DNA of 64,000 nucleotides from Narcine bancroftii (Eukaryota), in the NCBI RefSeq assembly GCF_036971445.1, contig NC_091469.1:88784001-88848000 (forward strand). The letters run 5' to 3'. Both the position numbers and the translations under genes were made by a program. This document shows, one piece after another, positions 63,876 through 64,000 of the stretch. A model generated the notes under the pieces. It had not been told where the DNA came from. It ran no database searches and saw only the letters and a list, made by a program, of their open reading frames with translations. How positions within the stretch are numbered: position 1 is the first letter of the stretch; each line of letters starts with the position of its first letter.

Positions 63876-64000
63876 AATAAATGGAGATGGAATTTAATCC
63901 TGATAAGTATGAAGCGATGCACTTTGGGAGGATTAATAAAGATAGGACAAAATTCTAATGAGGAACAGTAGTACCTTGGCAAATAAGTCTAAAGATCCAT

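Overview
Vertebrate genomic DNA, not prokaryotic. The repeat content (V-SINEs, CR1, Rex/Babar, Penelope, RTE and L1) points to a cartilaginous fish, probably a ray; this is inference. The only host coding sequence I can support is one 376-nt internal exon of astrotactin-2 (ASTN2) on the minus strand at 60574-60949. The rest appears to be ASTN2 intron densely filled with mobile elements: five copies of a very young RTE LINE, CR1, L1, Rex/Babar and Penelope fragments, two solo LTRs, hAT and Harbinger MITEs, V-SINEs, a tRNA-Thr-headed SINE and a recurrent ~0.8 kb non-coding element. I found no convincing novel multi-gene system. The most notable signals are structural: (1) an L1 insertion with twin-priming 5'-inversion geometry and a 15-bp TSD; (2) three local inverted, templated copying events (a 250-bp near-perfect inverted duplication, a ~70-bp inverted copy of a nearby junction, and a 277-bp tandem duplication with an inverted templated junction); (3) a young AviRTE-like RTE family that is a horizontal-transfer candidate; (4) a candidate stop-containing cryptic exon just upstream of a UG-repeat block in the pre-mRNA. 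Coordinates of old repeats are approximate and family names come from recall, not database searches.
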